A stretch of 39,591 nucleotides of DNA from Fibrobacteria bacterium (GTDB taxonomy: Bacteria; Fibrobacterota; Fibrobacteria; UBA11236; JADFYW01). The notes beneath the pieces were generated by a model. It was not told the DNA's origin. It was given only the letters and a program-made list of their open reading frames with translations, and did no database searches. Below, piece after piece: positions 36,801 to 39,591 of the stretch (positions within the stretch are counted from its first letter, which is position 1; each line of letters begins with the position of its first letter). A program made the position numbers and the translations under genes. Where the stretch lies: contig JBNKOC010000015.1 of assembly GCA_050294405.1 (NCBI GenBank), positions 1 to 39,591 of the forward strand, read 5' to 3'.

Positions 36801-38223
36801 CCTTTACCTTTCCGAATTTTAATTTGGATATACTCATTGCCAATTTAGCCTGGGGGTTATTGAGAAAACCTGTTATATCTGATTGTAAATGGATAACTCC
36901 GTCCAGTGATTTTTTTTTCGCCAAGTCAAATTTTCCAAGGTCCGTTTCAATATCCAGGTTTAGTCGAAGACTGTCTTCCGCAGTAAAGCCAGTTATATCA
37001 GCCCCAGCATGGGCATTTAAAAAGCGGTTGGCCATTTTCAGTCTTAGATTCTTAATTTGCTTTTCTTTAAGCCCCAGCTTTATATTAGCCCTGGTTTCGG
37101 GTACAAAAATTCGCCCCAATTCCTCAGCATAACTAAGGCCTTCAACATTAAGGCTTAATTTTTTTGGGCTACTCCATAACTTTTGGTTTTGAACTGAGTC
37201 GGAACTTGATGTATGGGGTTTTTCATCTTTCAAATCTACGGTTAAATTTTCCAAACTTAGCTGGTGAATCTTTTTCGGAACTTTTCCTGTGGAATCCAAC
37301 TCTGAAATTTTGGCAGCTAAATGTATTTGGCTCTTATTTTTTTCCAGGTTTCCCTGAGATGTTAATTGAATTTCTCCTTTGCCATCCCAATTCCCAAGAT
37401 TGAGTCCCTTCGCCCAACGGTTCATTAGCAAATTGTACTTTAAGTTTAAATCCCATTGGACTTCGGAAGAATAGTTTTGAATATTCCCTTCCAGGTTTAC
37501 CGGGGTTTCCAATATGTTTGCATCAAGAGATACATGGAGTTTTTCTTCGGGCAAAGCAATTAAATGGATTTCCAGAGAATCTATCGCCAGCTTTTTTCCC
37601 TTTGTGTTTGTCTGAATCGCTTTCGTGTTTAAAATGACTTTTGCTGTTTTCTCGTTTACATTGCCATTGGCCTTAATTGTGAAATGATACGCATCTAATT
37701 CAGTACTATCTCTCTCGTTGTAAAAGTTTAACCTCTCGTTATGAATATAAACATCTTCTAAAACAACATTCCAGCTAGACTGTGAACTGCTATCTTTTTT
37801 TTCTTGCTCTTTGGGAGAGTCATCCAGGCCAAGCGCCCGATTAATGTTAAGGACGCTATCTTTAATTTCCAGGTATTCTTCTATTCCAGATAGCCAGATT
37901 TGCTCCAGTAAAACTTTTTTATGGAGAAGCTCCAAGGGTTTTAACTTTATTCTCAGGCTATCAAAGCCAATAATTTTTTGGCTATTTTCCGCCTTCAAAG
38001 AAAAGTTTGAGGCTATAACTTCTCCGCCCAAAGGCCGTATTTTTATTAGGTCAAAATGTAAGCTGCCAGGAATACCCTGGTTGTATTTGCCAAGCGCATA
38101 GTTTTGAAGGCTTTTTGAATTAACCGCAAAGACAATTGCAATAGGAGTAAGAAACAACATACCCATAGCAATAAAAAAAAGGCTCCACAATATATTTTTT
38201 TTTGTAAGGAGCCTTTTTACCAT
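33814..38223 (-). CDS. tamB: translocation/assembly module TamB (DUF490) protein
   Basis: N-terminal TM anchor, long beta-taco repeats (LxGxLxxP), C-terminal LGKNITRRL; overlaps the Omp85 gene. Confidence 0.88.
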   Translation of the reverse strand: MVKRLLTKKNILWSLFFIAMGMLFLTPIAIVFAVNSKSLQNYALGKYNQGIPGSLHFDLIKIRPLGGEVIASNFSLKAENSQKIIGFDSLRIKLKPLELLHKKVLLEQIWLSGIEEYLEIKDSVLNINRALGLDDSPKEQEKKDSSSQSSWNVVLEDVYIHNERLNFYNERDSTELDAYHFTIKANGNVNEKTAKVILNTKAIQTNTKGKKLAIDSLEIHLIALPEEKLHVSLDANILETPVNLEGNIQNYSSEVQWDLNLKYNLLMNRWAKGLNLGNWDGKGEIQLTSQGNLEKNKSQIHLAAKISELDSTGKVPKKIHQLSLENLTVDLKDEKPHTSSSDSVQNQKLWSSPKKLSLNVEGLSYAEELGRIFVPETRANIKLGLKEKQIKNLRLKMANRFLNAHAGADITGFTAEDSLRLNLDIETDLGKFDLAKKKSLDGVIHLQSDITGFLNNPQAKLAMSISKLKFGKVKGLNGNIEAELLDRNAVISQLQLKQGKGSLNFKGRLDAKQAFPSGFLDSLKDLNELSYGGKLDVKNWDMDPYLWDSSFQNGLVAGDFEIAGKGVMPSNLDLNVSGQWTLHNLDYQPGKTKLKAQGKLSLQINNNQISWQNFDLEMAKGKISSRGDFNLMDSSSQATFDIINMDLGELAIWSGQGGSFAGELNSQIRLAGNYLRPNIDLSLGVRDAEAIQKGPLSVQLMTSLDSTGYLKLSQLKANLKESRIELVGEAQLFNNNLLSLKETIPKVLQLNLDAKLHLEELDSSLGGIVSADLKASGSWPQMNGEGVINGSQLKLGPQSISELNIPLKILADSISIGAGKINLSGNNIINLSGGIVPGKSFAVDINSKEFHLAALNALDSADAAGAKVNLSLTGAGSLDDPQVEMEASIFGFQYKNVLIDALNVFAKYEDKKVNGEFKQLIEGPFYFDPLTSDFQSQLMLNNIELAPFLKLAGMDGWVGFLSGELGVAGNSKRILNANARAKFQNLNLSKDGKDIVRVTDQEFQLENGNILAENFAMELGENGYIHIDASGDLKNEINAELDLKAQLEDFVVLMPPDLELSGTLYSKASLKYKDNVPSYKANIQLENIIYTPPSLEQTLKIEMAKINGDANTLRLDSLLGYWDRGSIKIKGEMDHKNFKPINYNLNLAANRVPFILPNTLDLLFDLDANLKGDSASGLIKGQLTLLDGLYYQNLRLNNIVSSETERAPPPELPDTSKGGLINNIILDVGVNSKRPLVVDNNVAYLELIPDVKVQGKMLNPVVIGRAQGKEGVIKWRRRDFKITKAVIDFLNPYKTEASLNISSQIGIRDWLIELGINGTAPDNLVLSLSEKNANPPLEMADILTVLATNKTSSELLGKEGEKPVSKESLLLSYMANAISKPLKENTSLDVLEIEAGQTKTGEQSDKISLKLGKNITRRLTTFYTLETDKGQVIQKGSAEYKLLESYILEGFQDTEDVYGGAVQWGIRWR

Positions 38224-38244
38224 TTTAAATATGCCAATTACGGC

Positions 38245-39093
38245 TTATAGAAAGTTGTAGTTTACCCCAAGGGTAATGCTTTCTTTAAGCTGGTAAGAGT
38301 CACTTTGATCTATGTCATAAAACAGTTCAAAACCAAAACTGACATTGAGGTATTTTGCAATTTGAGCTGTAAAATTATTTTCCCAACGTCCATCTATTTC
38401 TTCAACTCCCAAAAAGTTTACAAATACCGACAGCTTGGTATCATAAAGCAAAATCTGGTTAAATTTAGTAGAAAAGGATGTTATAGATTCTAAACCGGGT
38501 TCTGCCTTAAATGTCTCTATTTCAGTGGTATTTTTCTTATCCGCATAACCGTAATTTTCGGAAAAGCTTTCTTTTAAAGAGAAACCCAATCGTGTGGAAA
38601 ATTGTTTTTTTGGAGAATACTTCAAACCTAAGCTCTGAGTAATATATCCTGGGTCCCAAAAATTGGAGACAATATAGGAGCTGTCATCCGCGTATGCATA
38701 TCCCCGGTCAAATTGAGATTGAACCGTTAAAGAAAAATAGGGGTTTAAAACTTTAAGCCACTTAAATGCCAACATGGATTCCAGAAAAATTTCATCTGAA
38801 GATTTTCTAAAATCCTGATCATCAATCTTGGTCATGCCATATTGAAACTTTCCTTCATTAGACCAGTTAAAGCGATTAAAATCTCTGGAAAGCTTTCCAG
38901 CTACTTTGATATTCCAGTTTACAGCGTCTTCACCACCTGCAGCCCAGTTTTCATAGTAGCTGTTGGCAAAATTAAGACCGGCCACTAATTCTTTTTCATA
39001 TTTGCTGGCAGCCTCTGTTTTAGCACTGTCGGCGGTTTGAGAAAAACTCATTCCCATTCCGAAAAAAAGTCCGATTACAAGCAATTTTTGCAT
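38245..39093 (-). CDS. DUF3078 family outer-membrane beta-barrel protein
   Basis: ENWAAGGE, RKSSD, SQFDRGY, SNFWDPGY, WENNF, QLKESITLG. Confidence 0.85.
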   Translation of the reverse strand: MQKLLVIGLFFGMGMSFSQTADSAKTEAASKYEKELVAGLNFANSYYENWAAGGEDAVNWNIKVAGKLSRDFNRFNWSNEGKFQYGMTKIDDQDFRKSSDEIFLESMLAFKWLKVLNPYFSLTVQSQFDRGYAYADDSSYIVSNFWDPGYITQSLGLKYSPKKQFSTRLGFSLKESFSENYGYADKKNTTEIETFKAEPGLESITSFSTKFNQILLYDTKLSVFVNFLGVEEIDGRWENNFTAQIAKYLNVSFGFELFYDIDQSDSYQLKESITLGVNYNFL

Positions 39094-39252
39094 TTTTTCC
39101 TCTTTTAGCTGTGGTTTACATCCTCAAAATAATTTTTAAGTCCCAAGGCGTCATACTCCAGCTAAATGGTGGGTATCAAAGAAAAGACCAAAAATTTGCA
39201 ACTATTTGGCATAATTATTATTTTCAAGCCCTCATTAAAGGAAAAAGGTTCC

Positions 39253-39489
39253 ATGTCTAAAGATCAAAGCTTATCCCTGGAAAATGTGTATAACAAAAAT
39301 ATTTCCACCTTTCAGGCTGTTATTATGGCGGCTCAGGAAGCGCGTTTTATTAATGAACAAGCCAATTTGGGATTTATTGAACTCAATGAAAAGCCCACTA
39401 CCATTGCTATCCACAAATTTAAGCAAGACAGAATTAAAGTGGTGGACGAAAACCCTCAAGAAGGTTCCGAAGAAGAATCTCTTATTTAA
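39253..39489 (+). CDS. rpoZ: RNA polymerase omega subunit
   Basis: STFQAVIMAAQEARFIN...KPTTIAI matches the omega core; ATG at 39253 preferred over the ORF-track start at 39166. Confidence 0.8.
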   Translation: MSKDQSLSLENVYNKNISTFQAVIMAAQEARFINEQANLGFIELNEKPTTIAIHKFKQDRIKVVDENPQEGSEEESLI

Positions 39490-39510
39490 GCATCAAAATT
39501 TTTAAAATTT

Positions 39511-39544
39511 AAGGCAATCTAAACCAGATTGCCTTTTTTATTTT
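39511..39544 (+). terminator. rho-independent terminator after rpoZ
   Basis: AAGGCAATCT-AAACC-AGATTGCCTT stem followed by TTTTATTTT. Confidence 0.85.
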
Positions 39545-39591
39545 GTTAAAATATAGCCATCACCTTGTACGGGTATTTCTAATTAAATTTT

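Noticed and set aside
13955..37403. Many plus-strand ORFs of 60-172 aa (e.g. 20067-20585, 20778-21227, 36689-37132)
   Set aside because: Antisense shadows of well-supported minus-strand genes with no recognisable motifs

Overview
Bacterial genomic window (AT-rich, diderm; gene style loosely suggests Fibrobacterota or a similar lineage, which is only an inference). Housekeeping and envelope genes lie at both ends. Left: partial 2-oxoacid:ferredoxin oxidoreductase alpha, CBS protein, tatA, a PilZ/NusG-II/Gx-transporter cluster and an S41 peptidase. Right: tRNA-Arg(CCU), BamA/TamA-like, TamB, DUF3078 and rpoZ. The centre (7892-26532, all minus strand) is a ~18.6 kb signalling block with three parts: (1) a cytoplasmic NtrB-like kinase and a sigma54 enhancer-binding response regulator; (2) a chemosensory operon (dual-Hpt cheA, cheW, an embedded porin-like gene, MCP, cheR, cheB, receiver, cheD, cheY, cheX) preceded by a correctly spaced sigma54 -24/-12 promoter and three copies of a GCCAYAAWTGTGG palindrome; (3) a TonB-dependent receptor-receiver-YfiR-membrane histidine kinase module. 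Together these suggest an outer-membrane-to-sigma54 circuit that switches on a chemosensory system with its own porin (inference). A 968-aa lipoprotein with seven CHB_HEX_C-like repeats and a LamG domain follows. No CRISPR array, integrase or transposase was seen.
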